Position numbers and translations under genes: made by a program. This document shows, in pieces, positions 63,775-64,000 of a DNA stretch of 64,000 nt. This stretch comes from Mobula hypostoma (Eukaryota): positions 143,594,001-143,658,000 of the forward strand of contig NC_086097.1 in the NCBI RefSeq assembly GCF_963921235.1, written 5' to 3'. Below the pieces are notes generated by a model. The model ran no database searches. It was not told the DNA's origin and saw only the letters and a program-made list of their open reading frames with translations. Position 1 is the stretch's first letter, and each line of letters starts with the position of its first letter.

Positions 63775-64000
63775 CCAAGCAACACACACAAAATGCTGGA
63801 GGAGCTCATCAGGAATCTATGGAAAAGAGTACAGTTGGCATTTCGGGCCAGGACACTTCATCAGGATGGGCGGTTGCTCACGTTGTCATTTCTTCATTCG
63901 AATTAAAAAAAGATGAAGTTCACTTTCTATTTTGTCTTTCCATTCTATTTGCAATTCCTCTGATAATGAAAATCTGGACACCATTCATGCACAGGCTGAT

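Overview
Eukaryotic, repeat-dense genomic DNA. The repeat complement (CR1 LINEs with short tandem tails, Rex1-like LINEs, Penelope-like elements, tRNA-SINE remnants) suggests a cartilaginous fish, probably a ray; this is inference. The + strand carries the last eight coding exons of PTH1R (class B GPCR, intracellular loop 1 to the C-terminal ETVM motif, 3603-19143), all with GT-AG boundaries and consistent phase. A convergent terminal exon missing from the ORF track lies on the - strand (53082-52778, 100 aa, Lys/Gly-rich) and is probably the last exon of TMIE. The rest is mostly nested transposons. The most notable signals are: (1) a dispersed Penelope-derived family carrying a minimal type-I hammerhead ribozyme motif, including a 217-bp foldback copy with a 16-bp target-site duplication; (2) CR1 junctions suggesting a ~12-kb inversion; (3) YY1-headed non-autonomous retroelements, one of which may supply the branch point of the TMIE-like exon; (4) a stop-free in-frame 105-nt PTH1R intron. 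Comparisons with known proteins are from memory; no database searches were run.
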